NCBI RefSeq assembly: GCF_055900595.2
Contig: NZ_CM148325.1
Reading direction: 5' to 3' (one strand)
DNA: 64,000 nt
Part shown: positions 33,036 to 43,017 of the stretch, one piece after another
How the letters are laid out: the number at the start of each line of letters is the position of its first letter
Position numbering within the stretch: position 1 is the stretch's first letter
The notes under the pieces: generated by a model
Database searches by the model: none
What the model saw: the letters and a program-made list of their open reading frames with translations, nothing else
What the model was told of the DNA's origin: nothing
Made by a program: the position numbers and the translations under genes

Positions 33036-33141
33036 TCATTATGCGGGTTTTAATTTATACCTTCACACATTCTTTAATTAATGAAACCTGTAATAACAGG
33101 ATGGCATGAAATATTAGTTTTATACTCTATGGAGATTATTT

Positions 33142-35178
33142 ATGGATACGCCACGCCCACAGTTATTAGATTTTCAATTTCATCAGAATAACGACAGTTT
33201 TACTCTACGTTTTCAAGACCGTCTTATTTTAATCCATAGCAAAGATAATCCTTGCTTATCGATTGGCTCAGGTATAGCGGATATCGATATGTTCCGCGGT
33301 AATTTCAGCATTAAAGATAAATTGCAGGAGAAAATTGCGCTGACCGACGCCATCGTCAGCCAGTCACCGGATGGCTGGTTAATCCATTTCTGCCGTGGTT
33401 CTGACATTAGCGCCACGCTGCATATCTCTACTGACGAACAAGGCCGTTTAGTGCTGAAACTGCAAAACGATGATCGTCACCATAACCGCATCTGGCTGCG
33501 TCTCGCCGCACAACCAGAGGACCATATCTACGGCTGCGGCGAACAATTCTCCTACTTTGATCTGCGCGGCAAACCGTTCCCGCTATGGACCAGTGAACAA
33601 GGCGTTGGTCGCAACAAACAAACCTATGTCACCTGGCAGGCCGACTGCAAAGAGAACGCGGGCGGCGACTATTACTGGACTTTCTTCCCGCAGCCTACTT
33701 TTGTCAGCACGCAGAAGTATTACTGCCATGTCGATAACAGCTGCTATATGAACTTCGACTTCAGTGCTCCGGAATACCATGAACTGGCATTGTGGGAAGA
33801 CAATGCCACCCTGCGTTTTGAATGTGCGGACACATACATCTCCCTGTTGGAAAAATTAACCGCCCTGCTGGGACGTCAGCCAGAACTGCCCGACTGGATT
33901 TATGACGGGGTAACGCTAGGTATTCAGGGCGGGACAGATGTATGCCAGAAGAAACTGGACACCATGCGTAACGCGGGCGTGAAGGTCAACGGCATCTGGG
34001 CGCAGGACTGGTCCGGGATCCGTATGACCTCTTTTGGCAAACGTGTGATGTGGAACTGGAAGTGGAACAGTGAAAACTACCCACAGTTAGATTCCCGCAT
34101 CAAGCAATGGAAAGAAGAAGGCGTGCAGTTCCTCGCCTACATCAACCCGTATGTTGCCAGCGATAAAGATCTCTGCGAAGAAGCGGCGCAACATGGCTAT
34201 CTGGCAAAAGATGCCTCTGGCGGTGACTATCTGGTGGAATTTGGGGAGTTTTACGGCGGCGTTGTCGATTTGACCAATCCTGAAGCCTATTCCTGGTTTA
34301 AAGAGGTCATCAAGAAAAACATGATCGAATTGGGCTGCGGCGGCTGGATGGCAGATTTTGGCGAATATTTGCCGACCGATACGTATCTGCATAACGGCGT
34401 TAGCGCCGAAATTATGCATAACGCCTGGCCCGCACTGTGGGCGAAATGTAACTACGAAGCCCTTGAAGAAACGGGCAAGCTTGGCGAGATCCTTTTCTTT
34501 ATGCGCGCCGGTTCTACCGGTAGCCAGAAATACTCCACCATGATGTGGGCGGGCGACCAGAACGTCGACTGGAGTCTGGACGATGGCCTGGCGTCGGTTG
34601 TTCCGGCGGCGCTCTCGCTGGCGATGACCGGGCATGGCCTGCATCACAGTGACATTGGCGGTTACACCACCCTGTTTGAGATGAAGCGCAGCAAAGAGCT
34701 GCTGCTGCGCTGGTGCGATTTCAGCGCCTTCACGCCGATGATGCGCACCCACGAAGGTAACCGTCCTGGCGACAACTGGCAGTTTGACGGCGACGCGGAA
34801 ACCATCGCCCATTTTGCCCGTATGACCACCGTCTTCACCACCCTGAAACCTTACCTCAAAGACGCCGTCGCGCAGAACGCGAAGTCCGGTCTGCCCGTTA
34901 TGCGCCCGCTGTTCCTGCATTACGAAGACGATGCACACACCTACACCCTGAAATATCAGTACCTGCTGGGCCGCGACATTCTGGTCGCTCCGGTGCACGA
35001 GCAAGGTCGCAGCGACTGGACGCTCTATCTGCCAGAGGATAACTGGGTCCACACCTGGAGCGGAGAAACCTTCCACGGCGGAGAAGTCACCGTTGAAGCG
35101 CCCATCGGCAAACCGCCGGTCTTTTATCGCGCCGACAGCGAATGGGCTGCACTGTTCGCCTCGTTAAAAAGCATCTAA
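33142..35178 (+). CDS. yihQ: GH31 glycoside hydrolase (sulfoquinovosidase, 678 aa)
   Basis: Family 31 alpha-glucosidase motifs (GIWAQDWSG, WMADFGE); matches YihQ. Confidence 0.9.
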   Translation: MDTPRPQLLDFQFHQNNDSFTLRFQDRLILIHSKDNPCLSIGSGIADIDMFRGNFSIKDKLQEKIALTDAIVSQSPDGWLIHFCRGSDISATLHISTDEQGRLVLKLQNDDRHHNRIWLRLAAQPEDHIYGCGEQFSYFDLRGKPFPLWTSEQGVGRNKQTYVTWQADCKENAGGDYYWTFFPQPTFVSTQKYYCHVDNSCYMNFDFSAPEYHELALWEDNATLRFECADTYISLLEKLTALLGRQPELPDWIYDGVTLGIQGGTDVCQKKLDTMRNAGVKVNGIWAQDWSGIRMTSFGKRVMWNWKWNSENYPQLDSRIKQWKEEGVQFLAYINPYVASDKDLCEEAAQHGYLAKDASGGDYLVEFGEFYGGVVDLTNPEAYSWFKEVIKKNMIELGCGGWMADFGEYLPTDTYLHNGVSAEIMHNAWPALWAKCNYEALEETGKLGEILFFMRAGSTGSQKYSTMMWAGDQNVDWSLDDGLASVVPAALSLAMTGHGLHHSDIGGYTTLFEMKRSKELLLRWCDFSAFTPMMRTHEGNRPGDNWQFDGDAETIAHFARMTTVFTTLKPYLKDAVAQNAKSGLPVMRPLFLHYEDDAHTYTLKYQYLLGRDILVAPVHEQGRSDWTLYLPEDNWVHTWSGETFHGGEVTVEAPIGKPPVFYRADSEWAALFASLKSI

Positions 35179-35223
35179 TCACGTCCGCCCGTGGGGAAAC
35201 TCACGGGCACAGGGAGAACAACG

Positions 35224-36609
35224 ATGAGTCACATCACAACGGAAGATCCGGCTACTTTACGCCTGCCCTTTAAAGAGAAACTCTCTTACGGTATCGGCGA
35301 TCTGGCCTCTAACATCCTGCTGGATATCGGCACGCTTTATCTTTTGAAGTTTTATACCGACGTTCTGGGGCTGCCCGGTACCTATGGCGGCATTATCTTT
35401 TTGATTTCGAAGTTCTTTACTGCGTTTACCGATATGGGTACCGGCATCATGCTCGATTCCCGACGCAAGATCGGTCCAAAAGGTAAGTTCCGTCCTTTTA
35501 TTCTGTATGCGTCATTCCCGGTCACCTTACTGGCGATCGCCAACTTTGTCGGCACACCGTTTGATGTCACCGGTAAAACGGTGATGGCCACTATCCTGTT
35601 TATGCTCTACGGGCTGTTTTTCAGCATGATGAACTGCTCTTATGGCGCAATGGTCCCCGCTATTACCAAAAACCCCAACGAACGCGCATCACTGGCGGCA
35701 TGGCGTCAGGGTGGCGCTACATTGGGCCTGCTGCTTTGTACGGTGGGATTCGTGCCGGTTATGAATCTTATCGAGGGTAATCAGCAACTTGGCTATATCT
35801 TCGCCGCCACGCTGTTTTCACTGTTCGGCCTGCTGTTTATGTGGATCTGCTATTCGGGCGTGAAAGAGCGTTATGTCGAAACGCAACCTGCAAATCCGGC
35901 GCAAAAGCCAGGCTTGTTGCAGTCTTTCCGCGCAATTGCCGGTAACCGCCCGCTGTTCATTTTGTGCATTGCTAACCTCTGTACCTTAGGGGCATTTAAC
36001 GTCAAGCTCGCCATTCAGGTCTATTACACCCAGTACGTGCTTAACGATCCCATCCTGTTGTCATATATGGGATTTTTCAGCATGGGCTGTATTTTCATCG
36101 GCGTGTTCCTGATGCCTGGTGCAGTCAGACGTTTTGGTAAGAAGAAGGTCTATATCGGCGGCCTGCTGATTTGGGTGCTGGGCGATCTGCTCAACTATTT
36201 CTTCGGCGGCGGCTCGGTCAGTTTTGTGGCGTTCTCCTGCCTGGCATTCTTCGGCTCGGCGTTTGTTAACAGCCTGAACTGGGCACTGGTTTCCGACACC
36301 GTCGAGTACGGCGAGTGGCGCACCGGCGTTCGTTCGGAAGGTACGGTCTACACCGGCTTCACCTTCTTTCGCAAAGTATCTCAGGCGCTGGCAGGTTTCT
36401 TCCCAGGCTGGATGCTGACGCAAATCGGCTATGTGCCAAACGTGGCGCAGGCTGACCATACCATCGAAGGTTTACGCCAGCTGATCTTCATCTACCCAAG
36501 CGCACTGGCGGTAGTCACCATTGTTACGATGGGTTGCTTCTACAGTCTGAACGAGAAAATGTACGTCCGCATTGTTGAAGAAATAGAAGCCCGTAAACGC
36601 ACGGCATAA
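35224..36609 (+). CDS. yihP: GPH-family glycoside/cation symporter-like transporter (461 aa)
   Basis: 12-TM MFS/GPH; paralogue of yihO; ATG 35224 preceded by SD agggagaa. Confidence 0.85.
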   Translation: MSHITTEDPATLRLPFKEKLSYGIGDLASNILLDIGTLYLLKFYTDVLGLPGTYGGIIFLISKFFTAFTDMGTGIMLDSRRKIGPKGKFRPFILYASFPVTLLAIANFVGTPFDVTGKTVMATILFMLYGLFFSMMNCSYGAMVPAITKNPNERASLAAWRQGGATLGLLLCTVGFVPVMNLIEGNQQLGYIFAATLFSLFGLLFMWICYSGVKERYVETQPANPAQKPGLLQSFRAIAGNRPLFILCIANLCTLGAFNVKLAIQVYYTQYVLNDPILLSYMGFFSMGCIFIGVFLMPGAVRRFGKKKVYIGGLLIWVLGDLLNYFFGGGSVSFVAFSCLAFFGSAFVNSLNWALVSDTVEYGEWRTGVRSEGTVYTGFTFFRKVSQALAGFFPGWMLTQIGYVPNVAQADHTIEGLRQLIFIYPSALAVVTIVTMGCFYSLNEKMYVRIVEEIEARKRTA

Positions 36610-36617
36610 ATAATAAA

Positions 36618-36635
36618 CAACGCCCTGCGGGGCGT
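36618..36635 (+). other. Intercistronic stem-loop between yihP and yihO
   Basis: aacgccc-tgcg-gggcgtt perfect 7-bp stem, no T-run; 10 nt after the yihP stop. Confidence 0.5.
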
Positions 36636-36649
36636 TATAAGGAGTGATT

Positions 36650-38053
36650 ATGTCTGACCATAATCCACTGACATTAAAACTGAATCTGCGGGAAAAAATC
36701 GCTTATGGCATGGGCGACGTCGGTTCGAATTTAATGCTTAGCATCGGCACTCTGTATCTCCTCAAATTTTATACCGATGAATTAGGGATGCCTGCTTACT
36801 ATGGCGGGATTATCTTTCTGGTGGCAAAATTCTTTACCGCGTTTACCGATATGCTCACCGGATTTTTACTCGACTCGCGGAAAAATATTGGGCCTAAAGG
36901 CAAATTTCGTCCCTTTATTTTATATGCAGCGGTTCCGGCGGCGTTAATTGCAACGCTCCAGTTTATCGCCACCACTTTTAGTTTGCCGATTAAAACGACG
37001 ATTGCCACCGCGCTGTTTATGATGTTTGGACTTTCATACAGTCTGATGAACTGCTCGTATGGCGCGATGATTCCAGCAATTACCAAAAACCCCAATGAGC
37101 GCGCGCAGCTTGCGGCTTACCGCCAGGGTGGTGCAACCATAGGGCTATTGATTTGTACCGTAGCATTTATTCCACTGCAGTCGCTTTTTTCTGACTCCAC
37201 TGTCGGTTATGCCTGCGCGGCACTGATGTTCTCCATTGGTGGCTTTATTTTTATGATGCTGTGCTACAGAGGCGTCAAAGAGCATTATGTGGACACGACG
37301 CCAACCGGACATAAAGCCAGTATTCTCAAATTTTTTTGCGCGATATTTCGTAATCCGCCATTGCTGGTTTTATGCATTGCTAACCTGTGTACCCTGGCGG
37401 CATTTAATATCAAACTGGCAATTCAGGTCTATTACACCCAGTATGTGCTGAATGATATTAATTTATTGTCGTGGATGGGATTCTTCAGTATGGGATGCAT
37501 CCTCATCGGCGTATTGCTGGTGCCATTAACTGTAAAATGTTTTGGTAAAAAACAGGTTTATTTAGCTGGCATGGTGCTGTGGGCGGTGGGGGATATCCTG
37601 AATTATTTCTGGGGCAGTAACTCTTTCACTTTCGTCATGTTCTCTTGTGTCGCCTTTTTTGGTACGGCCTTTGTGAACAGCCTGAACTGGGCGTTAGTTC
37701 CTGACACCGTAGATTACGGTGAATGGAAAACCGGTATTCGTGCCGAAGGTTCTGTTTATACTGGTTATACCTTCTTTCGTAAAATTTCTGCCGCACTTGC
37801 TGGCTTCTTGCCAGGCATTATGCTGACGCAAATCGGTTATGTTCCCAACATCGCGCAAAGCGATGCAACATTACAGGGTTTGCGTCAGCTCATTTTTATT
37901 TGGCCTTGTGCGCTGGCGATAATTGCTGCATTGACGATGGGATTCTTTTACACGCTCAATGAAAAACGTTTTGCGTTAATTATTGAGGACATCAACCAAC
38001 GTAAAAATAAAGAGATTGAGACAAAAGAAAAAACTGCTTCCGTAACGTTATAA
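36650..38053 (+). CDS. yihO: GPH-family transporter (sulfoquinovose importer, 467 aa)
   Basis: 12-TM MFS/GPH; SD aaggag. Confidence 0.85.
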   Translation: MSDHNPLTLKLNLREKIAYGMGDVGSNLMLSIGTLYLLKFYTDELGMPAYYGGIIFLVAKFFTAFTDMLTGFLLDSRKNIGPKGKFRPFILYAAVPAALIATLQFIATTFSLPIKTTIATALFMMFGLSYSLMNCSYGAMIPAITKNPNERAQLAAYRQGGATIGLLICTVAFIPLQSLFSDSTVGYACAALMFSIGGFIFMMLCYRGVKEHYVDTTPTGHKASILKFFCAIFRNPPLLVLCIANLCTLAAFNIKLAIQVYYTQYVLNDINLLSWMGFFSMGCILIGVLLVPLTVKCFGKKQVYLAGMVLWAVGDILNYFWGSNSFTFVMFSCVAFFGTAFVNSLNWALVPDTVDYGEWKTGIRAEGSVYTGYTFFRKISAALAGFLPGIMLTQIGYVPNIAQSDATLQGLRQLIFIWPCALAIIAALTMGFFYTLNEKRFALIIEDINQRKNKEIETKEKTASVTL

Positions 38054-38120
38054 ATGTCAATAGCCGCTATTTCCATCCTGATGGGTGGCGGCCCCCCTAC
38101 GTTAAAAAAATGGACTTATT

Positions 38121-38813
38121 ATGAAAAAGATTAATGCAATAATTTTATTATCTTCTCTGACCTCTGCCTCGGTATTTGCTGGCGCATACGTCGAAAACAG
38201 GGAGGCATATAATCTCGCCTCCGATCAGGGCGAGGTTATGCTACGTGTGGGTTATAACTTCGATATGGGCGCGGGTATCATGTTAACCAATACCTACAAC
38301 TTTCAGCGCGAAGATGAACTAAAACATGGATATAACGAAATTGAAGGCTGGTATCCGTTATTTAAACCAACCGATAAATTAACCATCCAGCCCGGTGGAT
38401 TAATTAATGATAAGAGCGCCGGTTCCGGTGGTGCAGTATATCTGGACGTCAACTATAAATTTGTACCATGGTTTAATCTGACAGTGCGAAATCGCTATAA
38501 CCATAATAACTACAGTTCAACAGATTTGAACGGGGAGCTGGATAATAATGACACCTATGAAATTGGTACCTACTGGAATTTCAAAATCACCGATAAATTC
38601 TCCTATACATTTGAGCCACATTATTTTATACGCGTAAATGACTTTAATAGCAGCAATGGAAAAGATCATCATTGGGAAATCACTAATACCTTCCGTTACC
38701 GTATTAATGAACACTGGCTGCCTTATTTCGAATTACGCTGGTTAGACCGCAACGTCGAGCCGTATCACCGCGAGCAAAACCAGATTCGTATCGGAACGAA
38801 GTATTTCTTCTGA
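38121..38813 (+). CDS. ompL: KdgM/OmpL-family small outer-membrane porin (230 aa)
   Basis: Signal peptide, beta-strand-rich, C-terminal ...GTKYFF. Confidence 0.85.
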   Translation: MKKINAIILLSSLTSASVFAGAYVENREAYNLASDQGEVMLRVGYNFDMGAGIMLTNTYNFQREDELKHGYNEIEGWYPLFKPTDKLTIQPGGLINDKSAGSGGAVYLDVNYKFVPWFNLTVRNRYNHNNYSSTDLNGELDNNDTYEIGTYWNFKITDKFSYTFEPHYFIRVNDFNSSNGKDHHWEITNTFRYRINEHWLPYFELRWLDRNVEPYHREQNQIRIGTKYFF

Positions 38814-38821
38814 TGTGAAAA

Positions 38822-38889
38822 TGTAAAAAGTCGCTGATATGGACTGCCCCCCATAAAGTTGGACAGTTCAGGTTAAGCGGCTTTTTACA
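38822..38889 (+). terminator. Putative ompL terminator (long imperfect palindrome)
   Basis: tgtaaaaagtcgct ... aagcggctttttaca inverted repeat followed by T-run. Confidence 0.5.
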
Positions 38890-39025
38890 CAGATATTCAC
38901 AATATAAATAACTCCCCATAATTATATAACCACGTTGATTATAAAATATTCCTCGTCCTCTCTATCAAAGTCATTGACTACCAGGTAAGATCTTTTCCAC
39001 CGCAACACTCACAAGGAATGAGAAA

Positions 39026-39874
39026 ATGGAAAAGAAATTTTTTATGGATTGGGATAATGAAATCCCGCAAGAAGAGTTTATTAACAATATTTTAGCCGAT
39101 GAAGACCTGCCTAAAATCCGCTCTCTGATTATTGGTCGTTGGGGGGAGTGCTGGGATGAGGAAAGTTGCCAACCAATAATCGACATGTTTGTTGAACATG
39201 CCGAACGCTTTGCTCATCTCGAATCCCTATTTATCGGCGATATGGAAAGCGAAGAGTGTGAAATTTCGTGGATAAAACAAGGGGATTATTCTCGTCTGTA
39301 TGCTGCGCTGCCGAACCTCAAAAAGCTGACAATTAAAGGTACTCAGGGCCTGGAACTGGGAGAAATCGCCCATGACAAACTGGAGCATCTGGAAATTATC
39401 TCTGGCGGTACGCCGTGTGACGTGTTCGCCTCATTGCAAAATGCCCAACTGCCTGCGTTAAAAACACTTATCGTTTATATTGGCGTTGAGAATTATGGTT
39501 TTGATGCATCGCTGGATATCGTAATGAAGCTGGCGTCGAAATCCCTCTTCCCGAGCCTGACGCATCTTGGCCTGGTGAACAGCGAAGAGCAAAACGAAAT
39601 CGTCCGCCGCGTGCTGGAAAGCGACATTCTGCCGCAACTGGAAGTGCTGGCACTCTCCTGCGGTACGCTTACCGACGAAGGTGCAGAGCATCTTCTCAAA
39701 CATGCCGATCGCCTTAGCCATCTGAAACTGCTGGATTTGTACCATCATTACCTGACAGAAGAGATGCAGAAAAAACTGCAAAAAACACTGACATGTACTC
39801 TCGAATTATCAGAAGCGCTAACGCCTGAAGTCTATGATGACGAAATTTATATGCATGCGATGTATACCGAATAA
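39026..39874 (+). CDS. Cytoplasmic repeat-rich helical protein, LRR-like (282 aa); first gene of accessory six-gene operon
   Basis: Repeated L-x-x-L-x-L segments; no signal peptide; SD aagga; I believe it corresponds to an uncharacterised Salmonella 'STM4015'-type family (unverified). Confidence 0.55.
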   Translation: MEKKFFMDWDNEIPQEEFINNILADEDLPKIRSLIIGRWGECWDEESCQPIIDMFVEHAERFAHLESLFIGDMESEECEISWIKQGDYSRLYAALPNLKKLTIKGTQGLELGEIAHDKLEHLEIISGGTPCDVFASLQNAQLPALKTLIVYIGVENYGFDASLDIVMKLASKSLFPSLTHLGLVNSEEQNEIVRRVLESDILPQLEVLALSCGTLTDEGAEHLLKHADRLSHLKLLDLYHHYLTEEMQKKLQKTLTCTLELSEALTPEVYDDEIYMHAMYTE

Positions 39875-39934
39875 ATGACATTTATTGGGAGAGAGTCATC
39901 TCTCCCATTATTTATCACAGAAAAGGAATTCTTC

Positions 39935-40921
39935 GTGATTACGCTAATTGGTCATCCTGAAAGCAAACGCACATTTTATTTTTGCCAGGCAGCGTCACGC
40001 TTACAGGAACATATCAACGTAGTGAGCTATGATCAAGCACTTACCCTGCTCTTAAATAAAGGCATGGTAAAAATCGATCCCCCCTTACATCAGGAAACAG
40101 ATATTCGCTTAATTAATACGGTTAGCCAAAACTATATTACTTTTTTACAAAAAATGGCTACCAGAAGGGAGATCCGTTTTATTAACTCACCAGAAGGTAT
40201 TATTCATCTTCTGGATAAACGCCACTGTAAGCAACGATTAGTCGAACACGCGATCCCGACACCGCCAATATTAGCGGATGATATCCGTAGCTACGATCAA
40301 CTGATCGCCTGTATGCGCAGCGAAAAGGTTTATCGCGTGTTTATTAAGCCGAATTTCGGATCAGGGGCCGCCGGGGTGCTGGCTTTGAGTCTACATCCCG
40401 GCGATAACCGTCAGGTGCTTTATTGCGCCATCCAGGTTGCAGGTGACAGGCTGGTGAACAGTAAACATATTATCCGCTATGAAAACAGCGGTGATATTAC
40501 GTTGATTGTGAATGCTATTTTACAACAAGACAATATTATCGAACGCTGGCTGGCAAAAGCCAGAGTGGGCAATAAAAGCTACGATTTACGCATCGTGTAC
40601 GTTAATGGTGAAATCGTCTGGCGGGTTGTCAGAACATCATCACAGCCGATCACCAATTTACATTTACAAAATGAAGCTATCCGTTTTGCCGATCTTAATT
40701 TACCCGTAGAAAAAGTAGCTGAAATTGATACGCTTTGTCTCAACGCCATGACCCTCTATCCGGACGTACACATTGCCGGGCTTGACGTATTACTCACGCA
40801 AAATTTAACACCCTATATTATCGAAATTAACGGCCAGGGCGATCTTATTTATCAGGACACCTGCGAAAAAAACAAAATTTATCAACGCCAGATTCAGGTA
40901 ATGAGAGAACATCATGTATAA
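39935..40921 (+). CDS. ATP-grasp-like protein (328 aa from GTG 39935; alternative ATG 39875 would give 348 aa)
   Basis: Fold guess from RimK/glutathione-synthetase-like features (KPNFGSGAAGV glycine-rich loop, ...IIEINGQGD); SD aaggaa precedes GTG. Confidence 0.5.
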   Translation: MITLIGHPESKRTFYFCQAASRLQEHINVVSYDQALTLLLNKGMVKIDPPLHQETDIRLINTVSQNYITFLQKMATRREIRFINSPEGIIHLLDKRHCKQRLVEHAIPTPPILADDIRSYDQLIACMRSEKVYRVFIKPNFGSGAAGVLALSLHPGDNRQVLYCAIQVAGDRLVNSKHIIRYENSGDITLIVNAILQQDNIIERWLAKARVGNKSYDLRIVYVNGEIVWRVVRTSSQPITNLHLQNEAIRFADLNLPVEKVAEIDTLCLNAMTLYPDVHIAGLDVLLTQNLTPYIIEINGQGDLIYQDTCEKNKIYQRQIQVMREHHV

Positions 40922-41786
40922 CGTAACAGACGAAGTACCGGAAAATACCCGCACGGCAATCCATTCCTGCGATGGCGAAATCAATCTGAATGATTTAATT
41001 GCCAGGGAAGCCAATATCCTGTTTGTGGTGCTTGATTCCCTGCGTTTTGATATTGCGTTTCAGGAACAAGAGGCGGGAAATACACCAAATATTAACCGCT
41101 ATGGTCGCTGGATAAAGTGTGAAGCCGCTGGCAATTTTACCTGGCCTTCGCATCATTCGATGTTCTCTGGTTTTATGCCTAAGCCGCTGGAAGCTGCACC
41201 TGGTCATTCAATGCTCTTTTTCCCGAAAGATATTGGTTTAGGTCGTTTAGGGCCAAAAAATGCGTTCGCGTTCAGCGAAGAGACGTGGATTAAAGGGCTG
41301 GAAAACAAAGGTTACCGCACTATCTGCGTGGGTGGCGTCTCCTTTTTTAATAACCGCTCAGGGATGGGAAAAGTGTTCCCGGCGATGTTTAAAGAGAGTT
41401 ACTGGTATCCTAATTTCTCCTGCACGGTGAAAGAGAGCATGGATAATCAGCTCACCTTAATTAACAAAAAGGTGAACGCTGAACAGCCGCTGATGATGTA
41501 TATCAATATCGACACCATTCATTATCCGAATCATTTTTATATTGAAAATGCCAAACCTGGCGATACGGTAGAAACTCACGCCGCTGCCCTGCATTATATT
41601 GATGCCAGAATCGAAAAACTTTTCGATATCTTTCGGCAAACCGGGCGGGAGACGTTAGTTATTCTCTGTTCCGATCATGGCACCTGCTACGGGGAAGACG
41701 GTAAATATTTCCACAGTTTTAACCATCCGATTGTGAATACCGTACCCTATTTTCACTTTGTGTTAGACGGCAAAGACCATGAATAA
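40914..41786 (+). CDS. Alkaline-phosphatase-superfamily metallohydrolase-like protein (290 aa)
   Basis: N-terminal VVLDSLRFD metal-ligand-like motif and C-terminal LCSDHG motif; 8-nt overlap with upstream gene. Confidence 0.5.
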   Translation: MYNVTDEVPENTRTAIHSCDGEINLNDLIAREANILFVVLDSLRFDIAFQEQEAGNTPNINRYGRWIKCEAAGNFTWPSHHSMFSGFMPKPLEAAPGHSMLFFPKDIGLGRLGPKNAFAFSEETWIKGLENKGYRTICVGGVSFFNNRSGMGKVFPAMFKESYWYPNFSCTVKESMDNQLTLINKKVNAEQPLMMYINIDTIHYPNHFYIENAKPGDTVETHAAALHYIDARIEKLFDIFRQTGRETLVILCSDHGTCYGEDGKYFHSFNHPIVNTVPYFHFVLDGKDHE

Positions 41787-43017
41787 TGAATCGATTTATC
41801 AGCAATATATGTACAGTTACCCGCATAAGACCGCTTATCGGGAATTAAACAATATTGCTTTTGCGGATGTGAAATCGCGTATTTACGAGCATAAAACACA
41901 TCTCTATATTCATATGCCTTTTTGCCAGAGCCGCTGCGGGTTTTGTAATCTCTTTACCTGCACGGGGGCAGACAATGCCTTTATCGACAACTACATAGAA
42001 GCAATTATTATCCAGGCCCGGCAAATGCAACTTGCGCCTGTAGACTGGGCCAGTTTTACCATTGGCGGCGGTACGCCACTACTGCTTAATACCGGGCAAC
42101 TGTCACGGTTGTTTCGCGGGGTGTTTGACGAATTACAGGTCGATGCGCAGATTTTTAAGGCAATTGAAACATCGCCTTCCGATACCACCGCCGAAAAGGT
42201 CGCGTTATTGCGCCAGCTTGCGGTAAACCGCGTCAGTATTGGCATTCAGAGTTTTAACGATCTGGAACTTGCCACATTACACCGCCGCCATAGTGCGGAA
42301 AATGCCCATCGGGCGCTGGAGCTACTGCGCAGGGGTAATTTCCCGATAATCAATATTGATATTATTTACGGTATTCCTGGTCAAACAGCCGCAAGTTTAA
42401 TGGCGTCGCTTAATCAAGCATTAGATTATCAGCCTGACGAACTGTTTCTGTACCCGCTATATAACATGCCGCGTCAGCCGGATATGTATAGCCTCTATAT
42501 TGAAGCCCGCGATCGCTTATTGCATGAAGGTTATACGCAAACGTCAATGCGCCGTTTTGTGCGGGTGAATAATGATTCGGCGGCTGAAAGTTGTGGCTTT
42601 GAAAATTCGCTGGCGCTTGGCGCGGGCGGGCGCAGTTATCTTGGCAATTTACATTACTGCACGCCGTGGTCGCAAAACCAGCCCGCATCGCGGCAAATTG
42701 TCACGGATTTTATCGCCCGGCCAGATAAGACCCAGATTCACCACGGCTATGTACTTTCACAAGCAGAAATGAAGCGGCGTTTTATTATCAAGAATCTCTT
42801 TTTCTATAAGGGGCTTTCGTTACGGGATTATCAGCACCAGTTCTTCTCTGAGGTATTAAGCGATTTTCCCCTGCTGGGCGATTTCATCAAACAAGATTAC
42901 TGCCACCAGCAGGATAATCGTATTCTGCTCACCGCGCAGGGTTTAGCGCTTTCGGACCAGCTTGGCCCGCTGTTTATCTCCCCGGAAGTTCGCAGGCTGG
43001 AGACGCATAAACGATGA
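41779..43017 (+). CDS. HemN/HemW-like radical SAM enzyme (412 aa)
   Basis: CQSRCGFCNLF (CxxxCxxC) at 41923-41946 near N-terminus; length and layout like the HemN family, which includes class C radical SAM methyltransferases. Confidence 0.65.
   Translation: MNNESIYQQYMYSYPHKTAYRELNNIAFADVKSRIYEHKTHLYIHMPFCQSRCGFCNLFTCTGADNAFIDNYIEAIIIQARQMQLAPVDWASFTIGGGTPLLLNTGQLSRLFRGVFDELQVDAQIFKAIETSPSDTTAEKVALLRQLAVNRVSIGIQSFNDLELATLHRRHSAENAHRALELLRRGNFPIINIDIIYGIPGQTAASLMASLNQALDYQPDELFLYPLYNMPRQPDMYSLYIEARDRLLHEGYTQTSMRRFVRVNNDSAAESCGFENSLALGAGGRSYLGNLHYCTPWSQNQPASRQIVTDFIARPDKTQIHHGYVLSQAEMKRRFIIKNLFFYKGLSLRDYQHQFFSEVLSDFPLLGDFIKQDYCHQQDNRILLTAQGLALSDQLGPLFISPEVRRLETHKR

Noticed and set aside
34087-35076. 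329-aa ORF on the minus strand
   Set aside because: Antisense to yihQ (GH31 glycosidase). No start context; shadow ORF.
38974-38993. Candidate sigma-70 promoter (ttgact / taagat) for the six-gene operon
   Set aside because: Spacing between the -35-like and -10-like hexamers is too short (about 6 nt). The promoter is probably nearby but cannot be pinned down by eye.
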